IMG/VR virus record: IMGVR_UViG_3300023296_000001
Strand: one strand, 5' to 3'
DNA: 55,212 nucleotides
DNA from: a virus
Position numbers and translations under genes: made by a program. The notes below the pieces were generated by a model. That model had not been told where the DNA came from. It ran no database searches and saw nothing but the letters and a program-made list of their open reading frames with translations. Position 1 is the stretch's first letter. Each line of letters opens with the position of its first letter. Positions 15,469-25,204 of the stretch are shown piece by piece.

Positions 15469-16139
15469 TGAGAATCATGTTAATCCTAGCGCTTCTGACG
15501 ACTACCCTATTCGCGCGAGAAGTAAAACTTACAAAATCAAACCTAGTACACATTCGAGGACGCATCGACTTCACCTCCATGCAAAAAGCTCAACAAGACC
15601 TTCTAAAACAACACGTCAAACGCGGTAGCAAAGATTACACAATATATCTATTCATCGACTCACCAGGCGGTAGCATCTCAGCAGGAAACGCATTCATAGC
15701 ATATGCCAAAACCTTCAGAGACGTAAAAACCATCTGCATGTTCTGCGCCTCCATGGCTCATGCAATTTCTCAAGCCCTTCCAGGAGAACGCCTAGGCACC
15801 GACGGAAACATCATGATGGCTCACCGCGCCAAAGGAACCGTATCAGGTCAATTCAACGACGGTGAAATGGAAAGACGTTTAGCACTATGGAAACGCATCG
15901 TAACCAGAATGGAACAAACAAACGCAAACAGAATCGGAATCACATTAAAAGATTACCAAAAACGAGTTAAAGATGAGTACTGGACTCACGGAGTAGATTC
16001 AGTAGTTCAAAACGTACTAGACGACATAGCAACCGTCTCATGCTCTGACAAACTAATGACCTCCAGCAGAACAGAAAAAATAAGATCAATATTCGGAGAA
16101 AGAATAATAGTGATTCCACTATGCCCACTAATGATTTAA
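15468..16139 (+). CDS. ClpP/S49-like serine protease with N-terminal signal-peptide-like segment (223 aa)
   Basis: Start moved to ATG 15468 (AAGGAG upstream). MRIMLILALLTTTLFA, then IDSPGGSISAG, CASMAHAI (Ser), MMAHRAKG (His). Confidence 0.7.
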   Translation: MRIMLILALLTTTLFAREVKLTKSNLVHIRGRIDFTSMQKAQQDLLKQHVKRGSKDYTIYLFIDSPGGSISAGNAFIAYAKTFRDVKTICMFCASMAHAISQALPGERLGTDGNIMMAHRAKGTVSGQFNDGEMERRLALWKRIVTRMEQTNANRIGITLKDYQKRVKDEYWTHGVDSVVQNVLDDIATVSCSDKLMTSSRTEKIRSIFGERIIVIPLCPLMI

Positions 16140-16184
16140 TACTAATATTAGTATAAAACAATATTATACGGAAAGGAGTATAAA

Positions 16185-16505
16185 ATGAAAAAAGAAGACA
16201 TCGACATTAAAAGCATCAGAGCTTACCAAGCAGTAAGTTTTGAATCAAAATTAGACACATTTTTTAGTGTAGAGCAGACACCAAACAGAGCAGGTTGTAA
16301 AATTGAAATCGTAGATGGTATTGGAGTATTACTATCCACAGCAAAGGACAGTGTAATAGTGCCTTTTACTAACATCTCAGGAATGTATCTGCAAACAGAG
16401 TATAAGACTCAAAAAGAAGCCGCTCACAGAGCTGACATTAATAAACCAGCAAAAGCTCAATCAACAAGGAGGGTTAAATCAGATCCAATCGGAGCTAAAA
16501 GCTAA
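16185..16505 (+). CDS. Hypothetical protein (106 aa)
   Basis: ORF with AAGGAGTATAAAATG start context. Confidence 0.5.
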   Translation: MKKEDIDIKSIRAYQAVSFESKLDTFFSVEQTPNRAGCKIEIVDGIGVLLSTAKDSVIVPFTNISGMYLQTEYKTQKEAAHRADINKPAKAQSTRRVKSDPIGAKS

Positions 16506-16508
16506 TAA

Positions 16509-17984
16509 ATGACCATCCAGCGTAAAGCGATCTTAGAAGAGATCAAACGACGGCAAGACAAAAAAGCAGCAGCAGCAGCAGCGCCGTCGTTAATCTTAGA
16601 AGAGTTTTGTTTCGACAAGCAACTACTCTTCATCAAAGATCCTAACAAGTTCAAAAGCGCCGTCTGCTCTCGACGTGCCGGAAAAACCGTAGCCTGCGCC
16701 GCAGACCTATTAGACACTATTATGTCTCATAAAGATGTCAACTGCCTATATCTGACTCTAAACCGCATGTCTGCCAAGCGTATCATCTGGAAAGATCTTT
16801 TAAAAATTATCAAAAAATACAAACTAAATGTTAAGGTCAACGCTTCCGACCTCACAATAACCTGCCTAGACACAGACAGCACTTTATACATTTCAGGAGC
16901 CAAAGATGCTACAGAAATAGAAAAATTCCGTGGTATGGCACTAAAAAAGGTATACATAGATGAATGTCAATCTTTCAGGAATTATCTTCGTGATCTTATC
17001 GACGACGTTATTATCCCTGCTCTTTGGGACCATGATGGTACTCTTGTACTTATCGGTACACCTGGTCCTATCTGTGCTGGCGTATTTTACGAGTCCTGTG
17101 TCAGTTCTGAGTGGAGTCCTCATCATTGGACTATTCATGATAATCCGTGGATTCTCAAACTAAGTGGTAAAACACCAGACGAGATCCTAAAAATAGACCG
17201 AGAACGTAAAGGAGTCTCAGAAGATAATCCATCATATCGCCGAGAAGGTCTTGGAGAATGGGTAGAAGACATGGACGCACTAGTGTTCAAATATAAACGA
17301 GAAATAAACGACTACAACACACTCCCCGAAGGTGATTATGAATACGTCATGGGAGTAGACATAGGCTACAACGACGCCGACGCTATAGCAGTAATGGCAT
17401 ACAACCACAAGCAAAACAAGGTATACTTAGTAGAAGAATACGTAAAACCCAAGCAAACCATTTCTCAATTAGCAACTGCAATACGGAGAATTGACTCCGT
17501 TTACAACTGTTCAAAAAAAGTCATAGACGCCGGCGCATTAGGTAAAAAGATACAAGAAGAAATAGTCCAGAGATATCGTATAAACCTAGAACCAGCAGAG
17601 AAGACTCGTAAAATAGAATTCATCGAATATATGAACGCCGACCTTCGTAAGGGATTTATCAAGATTAAAGCAGACACGGTTTTTGCTGAAGAGTCCAAGC
17701 TAATGACATGGGACTACGACAAAAGCACACCAGATCGACTAGTAGTGTCAAAAGCGTATCACTCCGATATATGCGACGCCGTATTATATGCATACAGAGA
17801 AGCAAGACATTGGTGGCAAGAAAAAGACCATGTATCACCACTAAGACATACACAAGAATACATGGATCAGCTAGAACAAAAAGAAGCCGACGCCATGGAA
17901 GCTAAAAGCCAAGGAAACGACTTCGACCTCTCAGACGCTGACTGCAAAGAATTTGAATCACTTGTATGGGGAGACGAATTTTGA
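16509..17984 (+). CDS. terL: Terminase large subunit
   Basis: 491 aa. Walker A SRRAGKT, Walker B VYIDECQ, C-terminal nuclease-like VMGVDIGYNDADAIAV. Lies upstream of the portal gene. Confidence 0.85.
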   Translation: MTIQRKAILEEIKRRQDKKAAAAAAPSLILEEFCFDKQLLFIKDPNKFKSAVCSRRAGKTVACAADLLDTIMSHKDVNCLYLTLNRMSAKRIIWKDLLKIIKKYKLNVKVNASDLTITCLDTDSTLYISGAKDATEIEKFRGMALKKVYIDECQSFRNYLRDLIDDVIIPALWDHDGTLVLIGTPGPICAGVFYESCVSSEWSPHHWTIHDNPWILKLSGKTPDEILKIDRERKGVSEDNPSYRREGLGEWVEDMDALVFKYKREINDYNTLPEGDYEYVMGVDIGYNDADAIAVMAYNHKQNKVYLVEEYVKPKQTISQLATAIRRIDSVYNCSKKVIDAGALGKKIQEEIVQRYRINLEPAEKTRKIEFIEYMNADLRKGFIKIKADTVFAEESKLMTWDYDKSTPDRLVVSKAYHSDICDAVLYAYREARHWWQEKDHVSPLRHTQEYMDQLEQKEADAMEAKSQGNDFDLSDADCKEFESLVWGDEF

Positions 17985-17998
17985 GATTAAGAGTAATC

Positions 17999-18073
17999 AT
18001 GATATCATCTACTGTATTTGTATTATTAACCTTTATAGTAGCACTACTAATAAAACATGGAGTATCAATATGA
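17999..18073 (+). CDS. Hydrophobic micro-ORF (24 aa, MISSTVFVLLTFIVALLIKHGVSI)
   Basis: ATGA coupling to the 18070 gene. Weak SD. Confidence 0.3.
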   Translation: MISSTVFVLLTFIVALLIKHGVSI

Positions 18074-18309
18074 TAAAAAACATCGCAGAACTAAAACAGC
18101 TCATCCAATGGGCTAAAGACAACAAGGTCAAATCCATCAATCTTGGAGATATAAAGTTCGAATTATCCGATTTCGCATACATAGAAGGAGCGGAGCTGAC
18201 AGACGAGCAAATAGCTTCTGGACTGTCTGAATATAACACTGACACATTAACTGATACTCTTAAAGACGAAGAAAACGAAGATTTGCTTTTCTGGTCTTCA
18301 AATAAATAA
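18070..18309 (+). CDS. Hypothetical acidic protein (79 aa)
   Basis: Start moved to ATG 18070 (GGAG 7 nt upstream). The longer ORF-track form lacks an SD. Confidence 0.5.
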   Translation: MIKNIAELKQLIQWAKDNKVKSINLGDIKFELSDFAYIEGAELTDEQIASGLSEYNTDTLTDTLKDEENEDLLFWSSNK

Positions 18310-18318
18310 GGATAAATT

Positions 18319-20253
18319 ATGCCATATAATGGACCTAAGAACAATAACTTCTATTGGTGGAAGGAAGATAAAGACAAAATCCACGAGTCTGTTTTCCAAT
18401 ACACACAATTCCTAGACCAAAGACAGTCTTACAAAAGCCTTAACAATCTCAAAAACATGCGCCTTTATGGCAATTATGAAGTAATAGGATTACAATCTTA
18501 CCAATACGCAAAAACAGAAACCTCATCAGCTACTCAAAACCGGCTAACGCTAAACATAGTACAATCCATGATAGATACAGTAGTATCGAAAATCACTAAA
18601 GCTAAACCTAAGCCCACCTTCCTTACAGACGGCGGTGACTGGTCAGCTCAGAGAAAAGCCAAACAACTAACTAAATTCATGGAAGGTCAATTCTACTCAT
18701 CTGATTTCTATGACAAAGCAACACAAGCCTTTCAAGACTCTTGCATCTTCGGAACCGGAGCAATTAAAATATACAAGCAAGACAACAAAATCAAATGCGA
18801 CAGAGTGTTCATAGACGAGATAACAATCGACGACACTGAATCATACTACGGTGAACCAAGACAAATCCATCAAACTAAGCAAATAAACAAAGACGTATTA
18901 AAAGACATGTTCCCAGATCATGCTGGATTCATAGACGACATAGGAAGCTCAGACGGCTCCTTTCACGATACTGCACAAGACAATGACATGGCGACAGTTA
19001 TCGAATCATGGCATATTAAAAGTGGACCAAACGCTACAGACGGTAAACATTCCATATGTATAGAAAACAAAACCCTTTGGGAAGAAGAGTACGATAAAGA
19101 CTACTTCCCATTTGTATTTTTCCGTTGGGGAGTAAGACCTTTAGGATTTTGGGGGCAAGGACTATCAGAACAACTAGCAGGTATCCAGTTAGAATTAAAC
19201 AAAATCTTAAAAACCATACAAGTATCAATGCATTTAACATCTATTCCAAAAGTTTTCGTAGAAGCTTCATCCAAAGTTGTAGCAGCTCACTTAAACAATA
19301 AAATCGGTGGGATTATAAAATACGTAGGAACTAAACCATCATACGAGTCAGTAGGTTCCGTACCTCCAGAACTATTCAGCCACCTAGACCGTTTATATGA
19401 ACGCGCCTTTGAAATCGCAGGAATATCACAACTTTCAGCACAAGCGTCAAAACCTACAGGACTAGACTCTGGTAAAGCCTTGAGAGAATTCTCAGACATT
19501 GAATCAGAAAGATTCCAAACCGTAGCTGCAAGATATGAAAAAGCATTCATGGATGCATCTAAAGTTTTCATAAAAATTGCAAAAGAATGTTACCTAGAAG
19601 ACGATGACTTCAAAGTAAACGTCAAAGGCAAGAAATTCATGGAAACTGTCTCATGGAAAGACGTAGATTTAGAAGAAGATAAATACATGATGCATATTTT
19701 TCCAACATCATCTCTATCAAACACACCATCAGGAAGGCTACAAGACGTACAAGAGCTTATGCAAGCAGGCATGATACCTCCAGAGTTTGGTAGAAAACTA
19801 TTAGACTTTCCAGACTTAGAAGCTTACACTAACAGAGTAGACGCGCCAATCGACGATATTGAACGTGCAATCGAACTCATGATAGATAAAGGTCAATATC
19901 AAACTCCAGAACCCTATCAGCAGCTCGACATGGGCATTGTAATGATGCAACAAGCCTATCTATTATATAGAACACAAAATGCTCCAGAATCAAGACTAGA
20001 GCTTTTCAGACGTTGGATAGAAGACGCCAATGAACTTGTAGCACGCGCTAACACTCCGCCAATTGAAGACGCTAATCAGTTAGAAGCTCCGCCAATATCA
20101 GCAGAACAAGAAGACTTGACACTAAACGGAGATCCTAACGCGCCAATGCAATTAACACCAGATGAATTAGCAGCATTAGAACAAGGAGCGCCAATGGAAG
20201 AGGCACTAGCAGTTCCAGAAGCTGCACCTGAATCAGACATATTACCAATTTAA
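18319..20253 (+). CDS. Portal protein
   Basis: 644 aa. Lies directly downstream of terL and upstream of scaffold/capsid. Confidence 0.75.
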   Translation: MPYNGPKNNNFYWWKEDKDKIHESVFQYTQFLDQRQSYKSLNNLKNMRLYGNYEVIGLQSYQYAKTETSSATQNRLTLNIVQSMIDTVVSKITKAKPKPTFLTDGGDWSAQRKAKQLTKFMEGQFYSSDFYDKATQAFQDSCIFGTGAIKIYKQDNKIKCDRVFIDEITIDDTESYYGEPRQIHQTKQINKDVLKDMFPDHAGFIDDIGSSDGSFHDTAQDNDMATVIESWHIKSGPNATDGKHSICIENKTLWEEEYDKDYFPFVFFRWGVRPLGFWGQGLSEQLAGIQLELNKILKTIQVSMHLTSIPKVFVEASSKVVAAHLNNKIGGIIKYVGTKPSYESVGSVPPELFSHLDRLYERAFEIAGISQLSAQASKPTGLDSGKALREFSDIESERFQTVAARYEKAFMDASKVFIKIAKECYLEDDDFKVNVKGKKFMETVSWKDVDLEEDKYMMHIFPTSSLSNTPSGRLQDVQELMQAGMIPPEFGRKLLDFPDLEAYTNRVDAPIDDIERAIELMIDKGQYQTPEPYQQLDMGIVMMQQAYLLYRTQNAPESRLELFRRWIEDANELVARANTPPIEDANQLEAPPISAEQEDLTLNGDPNAPMQLTPDELAALEQGAPMEEALAVPEAAPESDILPI

Positions 20254-20332
20254 GATTACGCACAAACATGATACCATAAAAGGGCTTAAAAAGCTCGGCA
20301 ATTATGCCAATTAAGCAATATTAGGAGACACC

Positions 20333-21364
20333 ATGTCGAACGAAGAAGTAGTACACCCTCAAGGTCAAGTAGTAACACCAACAGACGCGCCAGCGGCTAA
20401 TCCATATGATACTGCAAACGAAGCTTATGCCAATCTGGATAAAGCAGCAGAACTTGAGACAGCACTAGACGCAGCATTAGAAGGTGAAGAGTCAGAGTCA
20501 GAAGCAGCTCCAGAAGTGGAAGCAGAACCTGAAGATGATAAATTTGCCTCCAAATTTGCAGCACTTTCAAGACGGGATAAGGAATTAAGAGAAAGGGAAT
20601 CAGAAGTAAATAACAAACTAGCATTACTAGAAGAAAAACTAGAAGCGCTTCAAAACCCAGCAGCACCGGAACCTGAAGCAGAGCCAGAAGTAGTAGAAGA
20701 AACATTGGCACAATATAAGAGAAGACTAAGCAGCGACCCACTAGGAACACTGTCTGCAGACGGATTATCATACGAACAGCTAACAGAACTAGCATTGAAT
20801 GATGGTAAGCTAACGCAAGATATGCAGATGAAGCTCATGAGAGAGGAATTAGAAGGAAACTTCAAATCCGAACTAGAAGGTATCAAAAGCAGTTTAGCTA
20901 AAAAAGAAGAAGAAGAAATAGAAAGACAGAAAGAAACAGAAGAAAAGCAATATGAACAGGTAGTAAATGACTACAAGCAAAATTTAACAAACTTTATAAA
21001 TGATACACAGGAATTCGAGCTGATTAGAGCAAACGACAGCGTAGACCTTGTATTTGATGTTATCGAAGATTACCACGCAGAAACAGGACGAGTATTAGAC
21101 ATGCAGGAAGCTGCAGCACAAGTCGAAGCTTATCTTGAGGAAGAAGTTGACAGAATTGTTAACAAGACTCAGAAGCTGAAAGCCAAATTTGGTATTTCAC
21201 AAGAAAAAGCTGAAGAGATTGTTAAAGCCCAAGAGCAACCAGGGAGCACTCAGTCACCAACCCTTTCAAACGCCAACTCTACAATGGCGTCTAAAAGCAG
21301 TAGACCAAGAACGCGAGACGAGTCAGTATTGACAGCAGCATCATTACTTAAATGGAATGACTAG
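20333..21364 (+). CDS. Scaffolding protein
   Basis: 343 aa, very acidic, Glu/Ala-rich coiled coil between portal and capsid. Confidence 0.6.
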   Translation: MSNEEVVHPQGQVVTPTDAPAANPYDTANEAYANLDKAAELETALDAALEGEESESEAAPEVEAEPEDDKFASKFAALSRRDKELRERESEVNNKLALLEEKLEALQNPAAPEPEAEPEVVEETLAQYKRRLSSDPLGTLSADGLSYEQLTELALNDGKLTQDMQMKLMREELEGNFKSELEGIKSSLAKKEEEEIERQKETEEKQYEQVVNDYKQNLTNFINDTQEFELIRANDSVDLVFDVIEDYHAETGRVLDMQEAAAQVEAYLEEEVDRIVNKTQKLKAKFGISQEKAEEIVKAQEQPGSTQSPTLSNANSTMASKSSRPRTRDESVLTAASLLKWND

Positions 21365-21421
21365 AGAACAGAAAGAACACTTGCAGCGTGTTAGCGCATA
21401 AGACGAGCAGAGGATTACATT

Positions 21422-22015
21422 ATGATTATTTATGCAGTAATTAGAACAGATACTGATGAAATTGTTTATATAGGTCAAACTATACAAAGTCTTTGTAAAA
21501 GAAAGGCAAAACACTTGTCAGAATCTCGAAAGGGAAAAGGGTCTATTTTAGGAGCAGCTATAAGAAAACATACTATAAATGTATTTAAATTTACAGATAT
21601 AGGAGATTGTAAAACTCAGCAAGAATTGTGTAATTTAGAAAAACACTTGATAAAAACTTTTAAGCCTAGGTATAATATACAAGAAGGTGGGAAAGTGGGA
21701 TTTACTTCATGGAACAAGGGAGTAAAAGAAGCCAGACCATTAGTTATTGAAAATATATCAAAAGCAGCTAGAAATAGAAAAAGAACTAAAAGAGGTAAAT
21801 ATTCTAAAGAAGCAGTTGCAAATATTAGAGATGCAAAATTAAGGAATACTGAAAAACCTTTTTTATGTCACCAAAACGGAAAAGTTTATAAAAACAAAGT
21901 TACGGCGGCTAAGGATTTAGGAATAAAGCCGGGAGGCATTTCAGTAGTATTATTAACAACAACTAAAAACAAGAGTATCAAGGGATACACCTTTGAATAC
22001 TTAAAAGGAAATTAA
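21422..22015 (+). mobile_element. Free-standing GIY-YIG homing endonuclease ORF
   Basis: IIYAVI...EIVYIGQT, R..KH, E..LI..FKPRYN. C-terminal AAKDLGIKPGGIS HTH-like. More AT-rich than its flanks. Inserted between scaffold and capsid. Confidence 0.75.
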
Positions 22016-22016
22016 A

Positions 22017-23225
22017 ATGGCTTTAGATATGACGAGCTTCGATGCGGCTTTGAAACAACACTATACGAGTGATCGTATTGAAAACATGGTCTATTCAGAC
22101 AACCCTTTACTAGCTTTATTAAGCAAGTATGAAAGCTTTGGTGGTAAAAACCTTCCGATTCCAGTAATTCATGGTAATCCACAAGGTCGATCTGCTACTT
22201 TCGCAACGGCACAATCAAACAAAACAAACAGCGAGATCAAGGACTTTGTTCTTACTCGTAAAAAAGATTACTCTTTAGCATCTATCGATAACGAAACTAT
22301 CGAAGCTTCTAAAGGTAACGCAAACTCCTTCATGGAAGCTGCAACTACAGAAATCGACGGAGCTATCCAAGCTGCTACAAGATCACTTGCAATCGCATTA
22401 TACGGTTCTGGATCTGGTTCAATTGGACAAGTTGTTGCAGGTTTTACAGGTACTTCTTTCACTCTTAGTGATGCAGAAGACGTAACTAACTTTGAAGTAG
22501 GAATGGAATTAGTTTTCTCTACTGCTGATGGTGGTGGTTCAGTTAAAGCTGGTAGCATTACAGTTACAGGTGTAAATCGTGACTCAGGTGTTCTTACAGT
22601 TGACGCCGGTTCAGGTATCGCTTCTGGTACAGGTCCAGCAACTGCTGACTTCGTATTTGTTGAAGGTGATTATGATTCTAAAATTTCTGGTCTTTTAAGC
22701 TGGCTTCCTAGTTCAGCTCCAGGCAGTTCGGATTCTCACTTTGGAGTAAACAGATCAGTTGACGCAACAAGACTTGGTGGTATCCGTTTTGACGGTTCTG
22801 CACTTCCAATCGAAGAAGCACTAATTGGTGCAGCTAGTCGTGTAGCAAGAGAGGGTGGTAGACCTGGACATTGTTTCATGAGTTACAGTAAATTTGCTGA
22901 CCTTGAAAAAGCACTTGGTTCTAAGGTTCAATATGTTGACCTTAAAGCTTCTGCTGATATCGGATTCAGAGGAATTATGGTTAACGGTCCTAGAGGTCCA
23001 ATCAGAGTTGTTCCAGATCAAAACTGTCCTAGCTCAAGAGCTTTTATGTTACAACTTGATTGTTGGAAACTATACTCACTTGGTAAATGTCCTAAGATCT
23101 TAGATTCTGACGGTCTTAAAATGCTAAGAGAGTCAGCAGCTGATGCAGTAGAAGTACGAGTCGGTTACTACGCTCAACTTGGATGTAAAGCTCCTGGTTA
23201 CAATGCAAACATTAACTTAGGTTAA
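22017..23225 (+). CDS. Major capsid protein
   Basis: 402 aa, after the scaffold, followed by a hairpin terminator. Synteny-based call. Confidence 0.7.
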   Translation: MALDMTSFDAALKQHYTSDRIENMVYSDNPLLALLSKYESFGGKNLPIPVIHGNPQGRSATFATAQSNKTNSEIKDFVLTRKKDYSLASIDNETIEASKGNANSFMEAATTEIDGAIQAATRSLAIALYGSGSGSIGQVVAGFTGTSFTLSDAEDVTNFEVGMELVFSTADGGGSVKAGSITVTGVNRDSGVLTVDAGSGIASGTGPATADFVFVEGDYDSKISGLLSWLPSSAPGSSDSHFGVNRSVDATRLGGIRFDGSALPIEEALIGAASRVAREGGRPGHCFMSYSKFADLEKALGSKVQYVDLKASADIGFRGIMVNGPRGPIRVVPDQNCPSSRAFMLQLDCWKLYSLGKCPKILDSDGLKMLRESAADAVEVRVGYYAQLGCKAPGYNANINLG

Positions 23226-23239
23226 TCTTAATAACTAGC

Positions 23240-23264
23240 GGGAGCTTCGGCTCTCTCTACTTTT
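23240..23264 (+). terminator. Hairpin GGGAGC-TTCG-GCTCTC plus T-run after the capsid gene
   Basis: UUCG tetraloop stem at 23240-23255, TTTT at 23261-23264. Confidence 0.55.
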
Positions 23265-23276
23265 AAAGGCTTGTAA

Positions 23277-23441
23277 ATGGCAAAAGACAAAAAAGACAAA
23301 AAAAGTTTCATGGACGGTCTTCAAGACGCCCTTAGATCCGGCGGCGCTAGAGATAAAGTTCCTGCTGCTGACGGTAAAAAGCACGACCCTAAATGGATGG
23401 ATACGAAAAAGAAGAAAAAATTTAAGTTTGGTAGAAAATAA
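23277..23441 (+). CDS. Small highly basic protein (54 aa, MAKDKKDKKSFMDGL...KKKKKFKFGRK)
   Basis: Below the ORF-track cutoff. AAAGG lies 7 nt upstream of ATG. Confidence 0.4.
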   Translation: MAKDKKDKKSFMDGLQDALRSGGARDKVPAADGKKHDPKWMDTKKKKKFKFGRK

Positions 23442-23494
23442 GCTACCATTAACAATCGCTGCGTCGGTACATGACTCAGACAAAAGGAAAAAAA

Positions 23495-23872
23495 ATGGCA
23501 AACAGAAATTTTCACAGAGTACAATCACTATCAAGAGAAGTTAAAATCCTACACGCTAAAGTAGCAATCGGTGCATCAGGTGCTCCAACTTTAAGCGTTA
23601 ACGATTCAGTTGGTGTTGCATCAATAACTAGAGACTCAGCAGGTGTTTACGAAGTAACACTTGATGATGCTTATAGCAGTTTTTTACATTTTAATGTAAT
23701 TATGTTAGAAGCTACTGCAGAAGACGTTACTTTTCAAGTAGAATCTGAAACAGTTGCAACTACTAAAATAATTAAGTTTCAGTGTAAAACTGCCGAAGTA
23801 GAAACAGACCCTTCAAGTGGTTCCGTTCTTCATATTAGAATTGAAGTTAAAAACACTAGTGTAGTTAGATAA
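23495..23872 (+). CDS. Head-associated protein (possible decoration/cement protein), 125 aa
   Basis: Start moved to ATG 23495 (AAAGGA upstream). Function assigned from position after the capsid gene only. Confidence 0.3.
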   Translation: MANRNFHRVQSLSREVKILHAKVAIGASGAPTLSVNDSVGVASITRDSAGVYEVTLDDAYSSFLHFNVIMLEATAEDVTFQVESETVATTKIIKFQCKTAEVETDPSSGSVLHIRIEVKNTSVVR

Positions 23873-23882
23873 GGAGTATAAA

Positions 23883-24146
23883 ATGCTTCTCAAAGACAAC
23901 AAGAAAGGTCTTGTTACCATTATAATGAAAAGAATGAAAGGAGGCAGCTCAGACATGTCTCCTGATTTTAAAAAAGAGCACGCTTCAGTAGCTCCGCGTA
24001 AAAACGGCGCAGAACAAGACGACTCAGTAGCATTATCATCTGCAGCAGAAGAAATGATCTCTGCAATTAAATCAGACGACGCTAGCAAGTTTACAAGCGC
24101 TCTTAAATCTTTCATAGAAATGTGTGAAGACAAAGACGAAGATTAA
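23883..24146 (+). CDS. Hypothetical protein (87 aa)
   Basis: AAGGAGTATAAAATG start context. Followed by a strong terminator. Confidence 0.5.
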   Translation: MLLKDNKKGLVTIIMKRMKGGSSDMSPDFKKEHASVAPRKNGAEQDDSVALSSAAEEMISAIKSDDASKFTSALKSFIEMCEDKDED

Positions 24147-24150
24147 AAAT

Positions 24151-24172
24151 CGCCCCAGCAATGGGGCTTTTT
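24151..24172 (+). terminator. Rho-independent terminator GCCCCA-gcaa-TGGGGC-TTTTT
   Basis: Perfect 6-bp GC-rich stem at 24152-24167, T-run at 24168-24172. Confidence 0.8.
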
Positions 24173-24184
24173 AAAGGACGATAA

Positions 24185-24868
24185 ATGTCAATTACTTTAT
24201 TAGAACTCAGAACTCAAGCGAGACAATTAGCAGATATGGTAGACAACAACTTTGTTGGCGACACCGAATTAACAAACTACGTAAACTTTGCAGTAGCAGA
24301 ACTTCATGATATATTGGTACAAACAGGAGCTGACTACTTCCTATCAGAAACAACTTCCTCTACAGTATCAGGTCAGTCAGATTACGCACTACCAGCAGAC
24401 TTTTACAAAATACGAGGCGTAGACGCCAAACTAAACGGTCAAAACTGGTTAAACCTAAGACCATTCAACTTCAACGAACGTAACAGATACGAAGACTTTG
24501 GAGCTTGGACGTTATTAGGAATAGCAAGTGTTAGATATAGAGTCATGGGAACGAACATTAAATTTACTCCGATTCCAGATAGTAATATTGATTACAGACT
24601 CTATTATGTCCCAGTTGCTACTAAACTATCAGCAGATACCGACACTCTTAATGATGTTAACCAATATTCTGACATAGTAATTATATCAGCAGCAATAAAG
24701 ATGTTATTAAAAGAAGAATCAGACGTAAGCATGTTAGCAGCAGAAAAACAAAGATTAATACAAAAAATAGAACAAGACGCAAAAGAGCGAGACATGGCTC
24801 AACCCGAATCAATTAGTGACATTCATGCAGAAAACAATGAACCTTACTACTGGTCAACTAAAGGTTAA
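24185..24868 (+). CDS. Putative head-tail adaptor/connector protein (227 aa)
   Basis: Position between the head and tail genes only. Confidence 0.35.
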   Translation: MSITLLELRTQARQLADMVDNNFVGDTELTNYVNFAVAELHDILVQTGADYFLSETTSSTVSGQSDYALPADFYKIRGVDAKLNGQNWLNLRPFNFNERNRYEDFGAWTLLGIASVRYRVMGTNIKFTPIPDSNIDYRLYYVPVATKLSADTDTLNDVNQYSDIVIISAAIKMLLKEESDVSMLAAEKQRLIQKIEQDAKERDMAQPESISDIHAENNEPYYWSTKG

Positions 24869-24871
24869 CAC

Positions 24872-25192
24872 GTGGCACGAATAAGAGCTTTTAAGAAAAC
24901 AAACTTCCAAGAAAACGAACCTGCAAAGCTTCAATCAAACTTAGAAATATTCTTCAAGCCCTTGTTGAACTCCGAAATCATCGACGGAATATTATTAAAA
25001 GATGTTATCCTTACAACTGGATCTGTAAACAAAGTTGAACACAAATTAGGCAGAAAGCTTTTAGGCTGGATGGTAATTGGTAAAAATGCAAACGCTACAG
25101 TATGGGACTCTCAAGCTACTAACACAACACTAGATAGCACAATAGACCTAAACAGTTCCGCAAACGTAACAGTAAACTTATGGGTATTTTAA
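24872..25192 (+). CDS. Virion-associated hypothetical protein (106 aa, GTG start)
   Basis: ORF in the structural module. Confidence 0.45.
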   Translation: MARIRAFKKTNFQENEPAKLQSNLEIFFKPLLNSEIIDGILLKDVILTTGSVNKVEHKLGRKLLGWMVIGKNANATVWDSQATNTTLDSTIDLNSSANVTVNLWVF

Positions 25193-25204
25193 AAGGATAA
25201 AAAC

